64,000 nt of DNA from a virus. Its lineage: Duplodnaviria > Caudoviricetes. The stretch's first letter is position 1. Every line of letters begins with the position of its first letter. The DNA lies in the IMG/VR virus record IMGVR_UViG_3300042199_000463, positions 1 to 64,000 of that record, one strand, 5' to 3'. The notes beneath the pieces were generated by a model, which had not been told where the DNA came from, did not search any database, and was given only the letters and a program-made list of their open reading frames with translations. A program made the position numbers and the translations under genes. Below are positions 46,414 to 54,761 of this stretch, in pieces.

Positions 46414-46904
46414 GCTATCCTAACAATGATGATTGACCGCATATTACCAGTCAAAGTTTTCCCGCCAGTGGTGTTCCAGCGGAGAGTTAGCACATCACTA
46501 GTTATTAGCGTGGTGATAATCCCTTGAGAATACATCATCCCCTGGTTGCCCCCTGTAAAAAAGGAAGCATTGGTGCCTGTTATCAACGTGCCATTTTTAT
46601 AGAGCCCGATTACTGGCGTACCATCGCCGCCTGAACTTGACGCAGAAAATGCCAACGTCCCAGTTATAAGGTATGTCCCGCTCAATAAAACGGTTAGAGA
46701 CATGGAATTGATAGCGACTGGGGTGTTGGAAGATGTGGTTGTTGAGGATGTTGCCGCTATTTGTTGATACGACAGCGACCCAGAAAGTATAGATTGTTTA
46801 GCTTCCTCGATGGCTGCCTGAACCGTAGTGGAAGCGAACCCGTTCGTCGAGTTGTCAAATGCCGTGATGCTAGCACTTGCTGTGCGCTTTAAATTAAAGC
46901 TCAC
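46410..46904 (-). CDS. Virion accessory protein, copy 2 (164 aa)
   Basis: Identical to 5691-6185. Confidence 0.65.
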   Translation of the reverse strand: MSFNLKRTASASITAFDNSTNGFASTTVQAAIEEAKQSILSGSLSYQQIAATSSTTTSSNTPVAINSMSLTVLLSGTYLITGTLAFSASSSGGDGTPVIGLYKNGTLITGTNASFFTGGNQGMMYSQGIITTLITSDVLTLRWNTTGGKTLTGNMRSIIIVRIA

Positions 46905-47223
46905 GATTCACCCACATACTGAATGTCGCTGTAGATGAGTTTGTGCGTAGGAAGATTTGCTGTTTCGATTTGGGGGTAATCTCTAAAGAATCGCCAGGTC
47001 CAAGCGAAGTATAGTTTGTTCCTGCGTTATCCAGAGCCACCCAAATGCGAATGCCCCCTGAAACATCTCTGTCATTTTCTACGACAACGCTTTGGATATT
47101 GGTGGTTGCTGTTGTTGGGTATGCTGTCCAGGTTGTTGTAGCAGTGCCGCGAATGACTGTGGTCGTGCCGTCCGTTGTCAGCACTTCCGAGAACACATCC
47201 CCAGCTGAAAATCCGCTGCCCAT
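46894..47223 (-). CDS. Beta-rich accessory protein, copy 2 (109 aa)
   Basis: Identical to 6175-6504. Confidence 0.6.
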   Translation of the reverse strand: MGSGFSAGDVFSEVLTTDGTTTVIRGTATTTWTAYPTTATTNIQSVVVENDRDVSGGIRIWVALDNAGTNYTSLGPGDSLEITPKSKQQIFLRTNSSTATFSMWVNREL

Positions 47224-47546
47224 TATTTCTTCCCTGGCTTACCTGGGTTGTATGCCTTTATCTTAACGTCACCCAAGCCGGGAAGTCCCGGCTCAGATGG
47301 TTTAGATTCTACCGGAACCGAAGGGGGCACAAGCTCCCCTTCAGGCTTTTCAGAAGGTTTCTGAGAGAAAGCTTTAGCCATATCCTGCACTAAGTTTTGG
47401 AGCCAACGAACAGCGTCACCGCTTCTCGTCAGATCTTTCCACCCAACCGAACACTGAACCGTGTTCATGAGCGTGCTAAGTTGGTGCATGTGCCGTAAAT
47501 CTTGCTCTGAAACTTCTGAAACTTTCATGCTTATGCAAACTCCCAA
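47223..47546 (-). CDS. Hypothetical protein, copy 2 (107 aa)
   Basis: Identical to 6504-6827. Confidence 0.65.
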   Translation of the reverse strand: MGVCISMKVSEVSEQDLRHMHQLSTLMNTVQCSVGWKDLTRSGDAVRWLQNLVQDMAKAFSQKPSEKPEGELVPPSVPVESKPSEPGLPGLGDVKIKAYNPGKPGKK

Positions 47547-48547
47547 ACCATTACGTCTTTGCCAGCGGCGTTAGCAACACCATAAACCAAGTTAGCTGGG
47601 CCAACGTCCAAAGAAACGAATCCGCCGTCACCAATCCTAAATCCGCGTGTTGAGCCTGAGTTAGTCACTGTAGCAGATCCAAGGTACAACGTTCCACTCG
47701 AAAGCATTTGAATCATCATGGATGATCGGTTGCTCAATGAAGTAGCTGGAAGTTGTACCGCTGATGTTCCCACGGTTACGATTTGCTGCAAATTAGAAGA
47801 CGCTGCAACGTCTTTAACGTATTGCGCACCTTTGATGTCAACAGCAAAACCGGAGTAATCCCCGTCCGCAGATGTGAACGATGTGGCTTGGTTGTCGTTG
47901 CGAACACCGAGCGAGAAGCTACCCACTGCGCCTGAAGAATGTGCACTGTCTTCAGCATAGTTATCACCGATAGTGATCGACGCTGCGACTTTCAATTCAC
48001 CGTTTGCATTCACTTGCAACGGCGAGAAGTCCCCGTCAGCAACACCAGTCAACGGCCCAGAGGCATCTTTACGAACGGCTAGGGCTTCGATACCCATTGA
48101 ACCAGCGGCCCAAGCGGAGCCGTCTGCATAGTCCAATCCTTCAAGAACTGCTTGGATCGCGGAAAGCGCTGTATTTGCTCCGGTGTCTTTTACATACAAT
48201 TCACCAAGGTTGTTACTCTTGAACGAGCCGTAGTCACCGTCAGCCGATGTGCTCGCAGCAAGTGTGTCTTGACGAACTAGAAGGGCTTGAATCCCCATGT
48301 CGCCGGACGTGTGCGCGCTGTCTTCAGCGAAATCTAACGCCTGAAACAACGACAAAATGGAGGCGAGTGTAGTTTCGGTAGCTGCACCAGTTGGCAACGC
48401 CGAAGCTGTTACGTTAACGTCTAACGCTGTACCTGTAGCGGTTAACTGCGTACCGTTCGCAATTAAATTAGCACCAATGTTGTCGCTATTCGCAACGTCT
48501 GCACTGTCGAAAACGATCTTAGTTTTGCCCGCACCTGTCTGACTCAT
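47531..48547 (-). CDS. Repeat-containing virion accessory protein, phage 2 allele (338 aa)
   Basis: Close homologue of 6812-7828. Confidence 0.7.
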   Translation of the reverse strand: MSQTGAGKTKIVFDSADVANSDNIGANLIANGTQLTATGTALDVNVTASALPTGAATETTLASILSLFQALDFAEDSAHTSGDMGIQALLVRQDTLAASTSADGDYGSFKSNNLGELYVKDTGANTALSAIQAVLEGLDYADGSAWAAGSMGIEALAVRKDASGPLTGVADGDFSPLQVNANGELKVAASITIGDNYAEDSAHSSGAVGSFSLGVRNDNQATSFTSADGDYSGFAVDIKGAQYVKDVAASSNLQQIVTVGTSAVQLPATSLSNRSSMMIQMLSSGTLYLGSATVTNSGSTRGFRIGDGGFVSLDVGPANLVYGVANAAGKDVMVWEFA

Positions 48548-48616
48548 GGTGTACCTCGCAATTAAAGTTTATGTACCCTAACAACGTGGCATGTGTCGGA
48601 TGGCCAACCGAAAAGT

Positions 48617-48931
48617 TTAGCTCCAGTAAATCAGTTCGACGTACTGAGCAGCAGAAGGCGACTCAAAATAGACAGTTACCACTGCGGATGATTTTATATC
48701 ATTCACCCAGTTCGTAACATACGGATCAAAGGTAAAATAATCCCCACCGGACGTGTGCTTTAGTTTCAGCGTGCCTGAGTTTCTATTTCTAAAACCGAAA
48801 GTCTTCGTACCTACTGGGAATGTGAACGAGTATTCAGTATTCGCCAAAGGCATATTTAATTTATTGATAGTGTAGGCAGATACAGACTCGACTGAGACAG
48901 TTGCGATTAGAGCCGAGTTGACTACGGTCAT
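48617..48931 (-). CDS. Beta-rich accessory protein, phage 2 allele (104 aa)
   Basis: Homologue of 7898-8212. Confidence 0.6.
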   Translation of the reverse strand: MTVVNSALIATVSVESVSAYTINKLNMPLANTEYSFTFPVGTKTFGFRNRNSGTLKLKHTSGGDYFTFDPYVTNWVNDIKSSAVVTVYFESPSAAQYVELIYWS

Positions 48932-49275
48932 GCTAGTTCTTCCGTTTGAATTGTCGGCGTGCCACTTGACGCCTTAGCGTAGATAGGAATGTCGCCCACA
49001 AGGTAATGCCGCTCACTGCCCGATACCACGGTCACGCCAACGTAGCCAACTTCTGTATTGTCGTAGTTGATCTTGATCTCTGTGCCGCTCACGTTTTGAA
49101 TAGACAGCGAGTTACGGTTAGCAAGATGCGTTGGCGGTAGTTGTGTCCACGTGGCCGAGTTAAGAGCGACTTGCGTGATCTTTCCGCCAATGCTTAAGCC
49201 TGCAGGTCTTGAATCCACGGTTCCGGACACCGTAGCGTTTACGTTGCTGCCAAGTGAAGGACGACAAGTCACCAC
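48928..49275 (-). CDS. Beta-rich accessory protein, phage 2 allele (115 aa)
   Basis: Homologue of 8209-8580. Confidence 0.6.
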   Translation of the reverse strand: MVTCRPSLGSNVNATVSGTVDSRPAGLSIGGKITQVALNSATWTQLPPTHLANRNSLSIQNVSGTEIKINYDNTEVGYVGVTVVSGSERHYLVGDIPIYAKASSGTPTIQTEELA

Positions 49276-49616
49276 GTAGCTCCATGGGTTACAATCTTGA
49301 TAGTGCCAGTTGTCACAGTGTTCTTTGTGTATTTGACGCGCACGTACCGGCTCATGAACTTTTGAAACTCGTAAATCTGATTATCTGCAGCAGGCGTCAT
49401 CGTAACTTCGACCACGCCGCCGTAGCAGTTCCAGTTAACGTTATCGTTGCTGACCTCGAGCTCTAGCGTACCGGTCAGCGCGTCGAGACCTGACCAAATG
49501 GCCTGTAACGATCCTTGCCGCAGCGGACGTCCGGGATACGTCGGCATGACTTCCCATGACTCACTCGTGAAGTTGTTGGACGCGTCGTAAATGACATGAA
49601 GCTGTTCCGACGGCAT
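49269..49616 (-). CDS. Beta-rich putative structural protein (115 aa)
   Basis: SLQAIWSG...LELEVSNDNVNW...YVRVKY, similar to the C-domain of 8565-9137. Confidence 0.6.
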   Translation of the reverse strand: MPSEQLHVIYDASNNFTSESWEVMPTYPGRPLRQGSLQAIWSGLDALTGTLELEVSNDNVNWNCYGGVVEVTMTPAADNQIYEFQKFMSRYVRVKYTKNTVTTGTIKIVTHGATW

Positions 49617-49988
49617 TTAGTCCCCTGAAAGTAACTCAACTATTTTGTCTTTGGGAATCAAGTCTAACTGATCGTCCGCTATTGTGCGAGCCTGCAGTTC
49701 CAGTTCGTCCTTGACTTTGCCGATCGAGCGCGTCAGCAAGAAATCAAGGCGAGCATAATCGCCTTCTTTCGCTGCCTTGACCATAATCGACGCGATCATG
49801 ATCTCAATCATGCTTGACTTGGGATCAGTTGCCACGTCTTGCAGTTGATCGCGTGTCATCGTCGCGAACTTGCCAAGAATCGAGCTAACCTTGTCTTTTG
49901 TCAGTAATTGCTTGGGCTTACCATTTGGATTGCCAGAAACACCTTTAGGGAAGTGCTTTAAATGCTTATTTTGTGGACGTTCCGACAT
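49617..49988 (-). CDS. terS: Terminase small subunit of phage 2
   Basis: HFPKGVSGNPNGKPK motif typical of TerS-like (DUF5681-type) proteins; follows the ParB-methylase gene. Confidence 0.75.
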   Translation of the reverse strand: MSERPQNKHLKHFPKGVSGNPNGKPKQLLTKDKVSSILGKFATMTRDQLQDVATDPKSSMIEIMIASIMVKAAKEGDYARLDFLLTRSIGKVKDELELQARTIADDQLDLIPKDKIVELLSGD

Positions 49989-49994
49989 TGAAAC

Positions 49995-51188
49995 CTACAC
50001 TGATTCTAATGTGGCCTTATTACCAGTAAAATCTTCCCACCTTTTTAATATAACATCACAATAGTGCGGGTCGATTTCCATGCCGAAGCATTTTCTATTA
50101 GTTTTCTCGCAAGCTATGAGCGTTGAGCCGGAGCCGAGGAATAGGTCGAGAACATTTTGCCCAATACCAGAACTAAATGCGATTAGTGGCTCAAGTAATT
50201 CTATTGGTTTTTGTGTCGGATGTGATCCATCACTTTTCTTTACAACTTCTCGGCACGATAAAAAGTGTCCTTCATCGGGGAAGTTTACTACTCGCTTTGC
50301 TCCGCGAGTACCGTAAACACATAATTCTGTATTCCATGTGGGATGACGTTTAGACAAACAGGGCATGGGGTTAGGCTTTGACCAAACGCAATAACTGGTA
50401 AAATCACACCATTCGTTAAGGTGATCCCATATTTTCTGAATAATAAAATGGCTAGTCCAGATATATAAAGTCACTGACTCAGCCGCGACAGCCATCATAT
50501 TTGAAAGCGCGGGATTTATATCGAAATTTTTGTCCCAATCAGCATTAGCCAAATCTTTCATTGCCTTTGACTTGTCTTGAGCATAATTCTTTGAGTCAGA
50601 GGCGATATTATACGGCGGATCAGTAAAAACCATATCCGCCTTCTCACCGCCCATCAGTCTTTCAACGTGCTGAATGTTCGTGCTGTCCCCACAAAGCAAA
50701 CGGTGATTTCCAAGAGTCCAAAGATCTCCTGGCTTGCATCGTGTTTCGACTTGTTCCGGCACCGCGTCGGGATCGGTCAATCCTTCTTTGATGACTTCCG
50801 GCGTGTGAGATGACATGAAATCGTCGTCAAAGCCGATCGCACCAAGATCAAAATCTATGTCTTTAAGCGATTGCAGCGTCTTGTTGAGCGGGTCTAAATC
50901 CCACTCAGCAAGTTCCGCCGTCCGGTTGTCAGCAAGAGCAAACGCAATCGCGTCAGGGCCCGTCAGCTCGGTACGAACGACGTTAATATTTTTCCAGCCG
51001 AGTGACTTGGCAGCTTCCATTGTGCCGTTACCGGCCACGACAACACCGTTTTTGTCAACAATAATAGGCTTTTGTTGCCCGAATTTGGCAAGCGAGCCTT
51101 TGATTGCATCTAAGTTTTTTTGATTGTGTTTCCGAGCATTAGCCGGATCAAAAGACAAGGCGTCTATTTTGACTGATTCAATTTGCAA
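49995..51188 (-). CDS. ParB-like domain fused to an N6/N4 DNA methyltransferase
   Basis: NARKH...FGQQKPIIVD...AGNG ParB part; LLCGDS, TDPPY, HPTQKP, DLFLGSGSTL, GMEID MTase motifs. Confidence 0.92.
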   Translation of the reverse strand: MQIESVKIDALSFDPANARKHNQKNLDAIKGSLAKFGQQKPIIVDKNGVVVAGNGTMEAAKSLGWKNINVVRTELTGPDAIAFALADNRTAELAEWDLDPLNKTLQSLKDIDFDLGAIGFDDDFMSSHTPEVIKEGLTDPDAVPEQVETRCKPGDLWTLGNHRLLCGDSTNIQHVERLMGGEKADMVFTDPPYNIASDSKNYAQDKSKAMKDLANADWDKNFDINPALSNMMAVAAESVTLYIWTSHFIIQKIWDHLNEWCDFTSYCVWSKPNPMPCLSKRHPTWNTELCVYGTRGAKRVVNFPDEGHFLSCREVVKKSDGSHPTQKPIELLEPLIAFSSGIGQNVLDLFLGSGSTLIACEKTNRKCFGMEIDPHYCDVILKRWEDFTGNKATLESV

Positions 51189-51191
51189 GCG

Positions 51192-51419
51192 TTATTTCCT
51201 AGCCTGTTGCATTTGTAGTCCAGCAACGCGGTCTGAAAGCTCTTGAATTACTTTTGCTTGGGATGACAGAGAGTTTGCCGCAGCTCGCGCCGTTTCGTCA
51301 AGTATTTTTTGTGCTGCCACAAGTTTTTTCTGTGAGAGCCAGCAAACGTAAATGCCGCCGCCGAGTGCTGTAAGCATCGCGCCGTTCACAATTGCCAAGA
51401 TTAGAATGATTGGTTCCAT
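51192..51419 (-). CDS. Small membrane-anchored coiled-coil protein (75 aa)
   Basis: N-terminal TM segment followed by a heptad helix. Confidence 0.6.
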   Translation of the reverse strand: MEPIILILAIVNGAMLTALGGGIYVCWLSQKKLVAAQKILDETARAAANSLSSQAKVIQELSDRVAGLQMQQARK

Positions 51420-51669
51420 GTCCTGACAATACCTGACGCGCTAAAAATAGACAGCGTAAAATCGCTTATGACGCGTTTTGCTTGCGCGACGTGTCTTGGT
51501 CGCTAGTCGCGCTATTTCGCTAGCCAGCGTCGCGCTCAGCTCTTTTGGCGGCTCAAGTTTGTGGTAATCCATCCGAGAAAGAATGAACCATGAAGAATTC
51601 TCCCTCATTTAGCCCTTATCCATACGTTGGATAGGGGTTTCCCCTATTATGCGACACGCTATGAACAGC

Positions 51670-51974
51670 GTGACAGCAGCGTGACACGAAAGCGTGACAA
51701 GGAAACACAATACATAACATACTAATAATATTATATATATCTCTCTATCTCTCTCTCTCTGTCACGCTGGTCACGGTTGTCACGGTAAAAAGGACATACT
51801 TAGGGAACGTGTATTTCAATTTCTGAAATTAGTAATTAGCTTCCTTAAGTGTGTCTAAAATGTTGTGACACGCGTGACAGCGTGACACGAAAAAAAAACG
51901 AGGCGTAAAGCCCCGTTTTAATTGATGGAATTGCATTGTCGTCATGTCACGCTTTGCGTCACGATTTCAGTCAC
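51670..51974. promoter_or_regulatory. Putative replication origin of phage 2: four alternating triplets of GTGAC iterons
   Basis: GTGAC at 51670/51681/51694, GTCAC at 51761/51770/51779, GTGAC at 51865/51874/51882, GTCAC at 51946/51958/51970; TA/CT tract about 51722-51760; at the 3' end of the primase-helicase gene. Confidence 0.75.
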
Positions 51975-54443
51975 GCTTTTGCGATTCAGAACTGTACATC
52001 TGATTGTTTCTTTATTTTGTTCAAACCGCCGTGCATTGGCCGGTCTTGCGAAGGGCAGTCTTCTAAGGCTTTTCTTCCAGTCGCGCTCCCAGCGCGTGCC
52101 CTTAAAGACTTGGCGACGTAATTCAGCGTGGTTATTAGCCACGTAAATATTTACGTCCTCCACGACGATACCATAAGTTCGCAAAGAAGCAAGCCAATCC
52201 AAATTATCTGACGCGATGATCTGCCCGACGGTCAAATCCGTGTGTCCTGACACTGGCCTTGTCGGGCTTTCCTCGCTGTATGCTTCTTTCGCGCCATCGA
52301 CTCTGATCTTTGTTGTCAAGATTTGATCAAGACATTCCTCATGGTCTGTCACAATCTCTTGGTGTTCCGTATCGTCCTCAAAATCCATTCCTTTAATGAA
52401 ATTCTCAGCTTCCTCTCTAGTCACAACCGTGTCAGACGTGAGCATCCAGTAGCCGCCAAGTAGCATCCCATATTGATCGCCGAAACGCTGGCCCATGCCA
52501 AATGTGTTACTGAGAACGGATTTGAACACTGCATGATTTTTAATCACGGTCTGAGTCATCTCAATGGATCTTATGAAAAGACGCATAACCATTTCGTCTG
52601 TAATGCTCGCCATAAGCTCCCTAGTGCGTTTCCAAGCGGCTTCGTCGCCGTTGTGCTGATCTAGTTCGATTACGGTGAACCTGCTTCTGTCGGCGTCATT
52701 AGAAAGCGACACGCGTATCGAGGCGACTAATGAGCAAAACGCTGTGCGGTAACTCACTGCCGAACCGTCGGCTGATCCCTTAATGATCATGGCGTCCGAC
52801 TGACTCCAACTCATGCGGGCAAGCTCAAGGATTTGGTCAATGCGGTTAAGACTAGTCATGGTCGTGGCCTCGAACTCGTCCAAGATGACTGGGATCGAGT
52901 CGGCGTTGATCGACTGGCGAATGCCCGCCTCAGACGAATTTGAGCCTGTGCAGTAAAGCCGCTCTTTTTCGTTGCCTAAAACGACTTTGATGACTCCTTC
53001 CAGTAGCGACGACTTACCAGTACCAGCTCCGCCTGTTAGCCAGACGTGAGGTCTGATCGGCAGGGCACCGGCCACGCGAGCGATCGCAAGCCATCCGGCA
53101 AGATAGACGCTCGATTTTTTGTTGCGCCACTGGAACATGCCGCAAACGTCAGCGATTAACTTGCCTTCTTCAGCGGTGAGCCTCTCTAGTTTTGGCACAC
53201 GAACCCTGTTCATGGAGTCCACATAAACCGCACCGCCTGAAAAGCGCGTGTGCGGAATCTTAGTGTTGTTGACGATTAGCTCTTTTCCGGTGTTAACGAC
53301 GATGCGACCTTTGTCTTCCCAGACGCCGCACCCGCGTACTTTCGTGGGATCAAATAATCCGACGGCGTTACACTCTTGCGTCATGTCAGATTTGGCTTGT
53401 TCCCAGTTTACGGAGCTTTCTTTTCCGCGTGGATTTGGAAATCTCGACTCCCAATGTTCGATTGGCGCGAGAGCGTAGAACTGGACGTTTGACCATGTGG
53501 TGAACTTGTTAATGTCACGGATTTTGTAGTTGTAGTAATAGCACGCAGATTTGCCGCGTCCGAGCGGGCGGTAAAGTATCTCGTTTTCTGAGGCGTCAAG
53601 CTGTTTGGATAAGACGTCGATGCCAAACGTTACGTGTACGTCGTTAAAGTCCGTGCCTTTTTCTGGATGATCCCGAAAGTCAGGAAAAACCGCAGCGCAC
53701 GCGGCTTTTGTCGCGGCTTCGTCAGCTTTTGTCCGGCCTGGATTTCCTTCCGTGGCATGGTCGTCATCACCTGCCACGACGATGCGCGCATCTTTGTACA
53801 TGTCGCGAACGTGAACGGCGACTTTCGGCAAGTTGTTTGCTGAGAACGAGCAAAACACCGTAGCTTTTGTGGCCATGTGAATCGATGCGCCCGTTGCGTA
53901 TCCCTCGCAAATGTAAATACATTCGTCTGTGCCGTCGATCCGGTGAAACGTCTCAGATATTTTCTGGTCTTTTAAAAATAGCTTTTTGCCGTCAGCGTAA
54001 ATGCGCTGATATCCCGTCAGCTCGTTACTAAAGTTAACAGTCGGCACCATGAGGATGCCGTCTTTGAAGAAAACGCCGAAAGCTCCTACGCGCTTTTTTT
54101 CAAGATAAGCGTGCTGCCCTATTGGCGAGGCAAGTGAAAGCTCTTGCCGAGCTTTTTCTGCTGCAGCTTTTTGCGCTTCTTCGCGAATTTTCTTGGCTTG
54201 ATCCATAGCACTTTTAAGCTGGATCGCCGCGACTTCTTTTTCTTCTTGTGAGAACCGTTTTTTGTTTGACTTGTATTCGTGACGCTTGTTCGTGCGCCAG
54301 TCTCCCGTGATCACGGTCTTGAAAGGAGCTTCCCATCCGACGTACCACTGGTTATTGTTCTTTCCAAACCTGTGAATGTTGCCGTCAAGGGTAAAGCTTT
54401 CCACGGCAAGGCCCAAGTCCTTTGCCCACTGTTCAAGTTCCAT
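51942..54443 (-). CDS. Toprim primase-helicase fusion (833 aa)
   Basis: ICEGYATG and VAGDDD Toprim motifs; C-terminal P-loop GGAGTGKS and Walker B VILDEFE. Confidence 0.9.
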   Translation of the reverse strand: MELEQWAKDLGLAVESFTLDGNIHRFGKNNNQWYVGWEAPFKTVITGDWRTNKRHEYKSNKKRFSQEEKEVAAIQLKSAMDQAKKIREEAQKAAAEKARQELSLASPIGQHAYLEKKRVGAFGVFFKDGILMVPTVNFSNELTGYQRIYADGKKLFLKDQKISETFHRIDGTDECIYICEGYATGASIHMATKATVFCSFSANNLPKVAVHVRDMYKDARIVVAGDDDHATEGNPGRTKADEAATKAACAAVFPDFRDHPEKGTDFNDVHVTFGIDVLSKQLDASENEILYRPLGRGKSACYYYNYKIRDINKFTTWSNVQFYALAPIEHWESRFPNPRGKESSVNWEQAKSDMTQECNAVGLFDPTKVRGCGVWEDKGRIVVNTGKELIVNNTKIPHTRFSGGAVYVDSMNRVRVPKLERLTAEEGKLIADVCGMFQWRNKKSSVYLAGWLAIARVAGALPIRPHVWLTGGAGTGKSSLLEGVIKVVLGNEKERLYCTGSNSSEAGIRQSINADSIPVILDEFEATTMTSLNRIDQILELARMSWSQSDAMIIKGSADGSAVSYRTAFCSLVASIRVSLSNDADRSRFTVIELDQHNGDEAAWKRTRELMASITDEMVMRLFIRSIEMTQTVIKNHAVFKSVLSNTFGMGQRFGDQYGMLLGGYWMLTSDTVVTREEAENFIKGMDFEDDTEHQEIVTDHEECLDQILTTKIRVDGAKEAYSEESPTRPVSGHTDLTVGQIIASDNLDWLASLRTYGIVVEDVNIYVANNHAELRRQVFKGTRWERDWKKSLRRLPFARPANARRFEQNKETIRCTVLNRKSVTEIVTQSVT

Positions 54444-54449
54444 GATGTA

Positions 54450-54761
54450 TTACTCCAGAAGTTTTAGCGCATCTTCGACACTTCGGCACACGGCGTATTT
54501 ACCGCCGCGCTTTAGGATCATTTTCTCAAAATTCTTTTGTTGCAAACTTTGTTTAGCGTTGCCAGTTTTTACTTCGATCGCGATGAATTGTCCATTAGGT
54601 TCTGCAATTCCGATAATGTCTGACGATCCAACGAGTCCATAGGATATATATCTGTCCCCATTTTGTGCCGTACCTGTATGATTTTTCCACGCTGTACAAC
54701 GACCGGATTTTGATATGGCGATAAGAATTTCGTTGACAAGCTTGGAGTGGTGAAATCCCGC
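54450..54761 (-). CDS. VRR-NUC nuclease of phage 2 (no canonical start; missing from the ORF track)
   Basis: Manual translation AGFHHSKLVNEILIAI...GSSDIIG...FIAIEVKTG...QQKNF...GGKYAVCRSVEDAL*; frame open from 54836 with no ATG/GTG/TTG before the core. Confidence 0.85.
   Translation of the reverse strand, partial: AGFHHSKLVNEILIAISKSGRCTAWKNHTGTAQNGDRYISYGLVGSSDIIGIAEPNGQFIAIEVKTGNAKQSLQQKNFEKMILKRGGKYAVCRSVEDALKLLE

Larger units (their letters stand above)
45721..47620. repeat. 1,900-bp direct repeat, copy 2
   Basis: See 5002-6901; same TGA-interrupted gene and same four ORFs. Confidence 0.95.

Noticed and set aside
5002-47620. Terminal redundancy of a single linear phage genome
   Set aside because: The sequences outside the repeats encode a second, different TerL, capsid, TerS and replication set, so this is not one genome's ends.
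51740-51760. (CT)n microsatellite as an independent feature
   Set aside because: It lies inside the iteron cluster and is treated as part of the putative origin.
51670-51974. CRISPR array or tandem satellite
   Set aside because: Units are only 5-8 bp, alternate in orientation, lack 25-45 bp spacers, and no cas genes are present.
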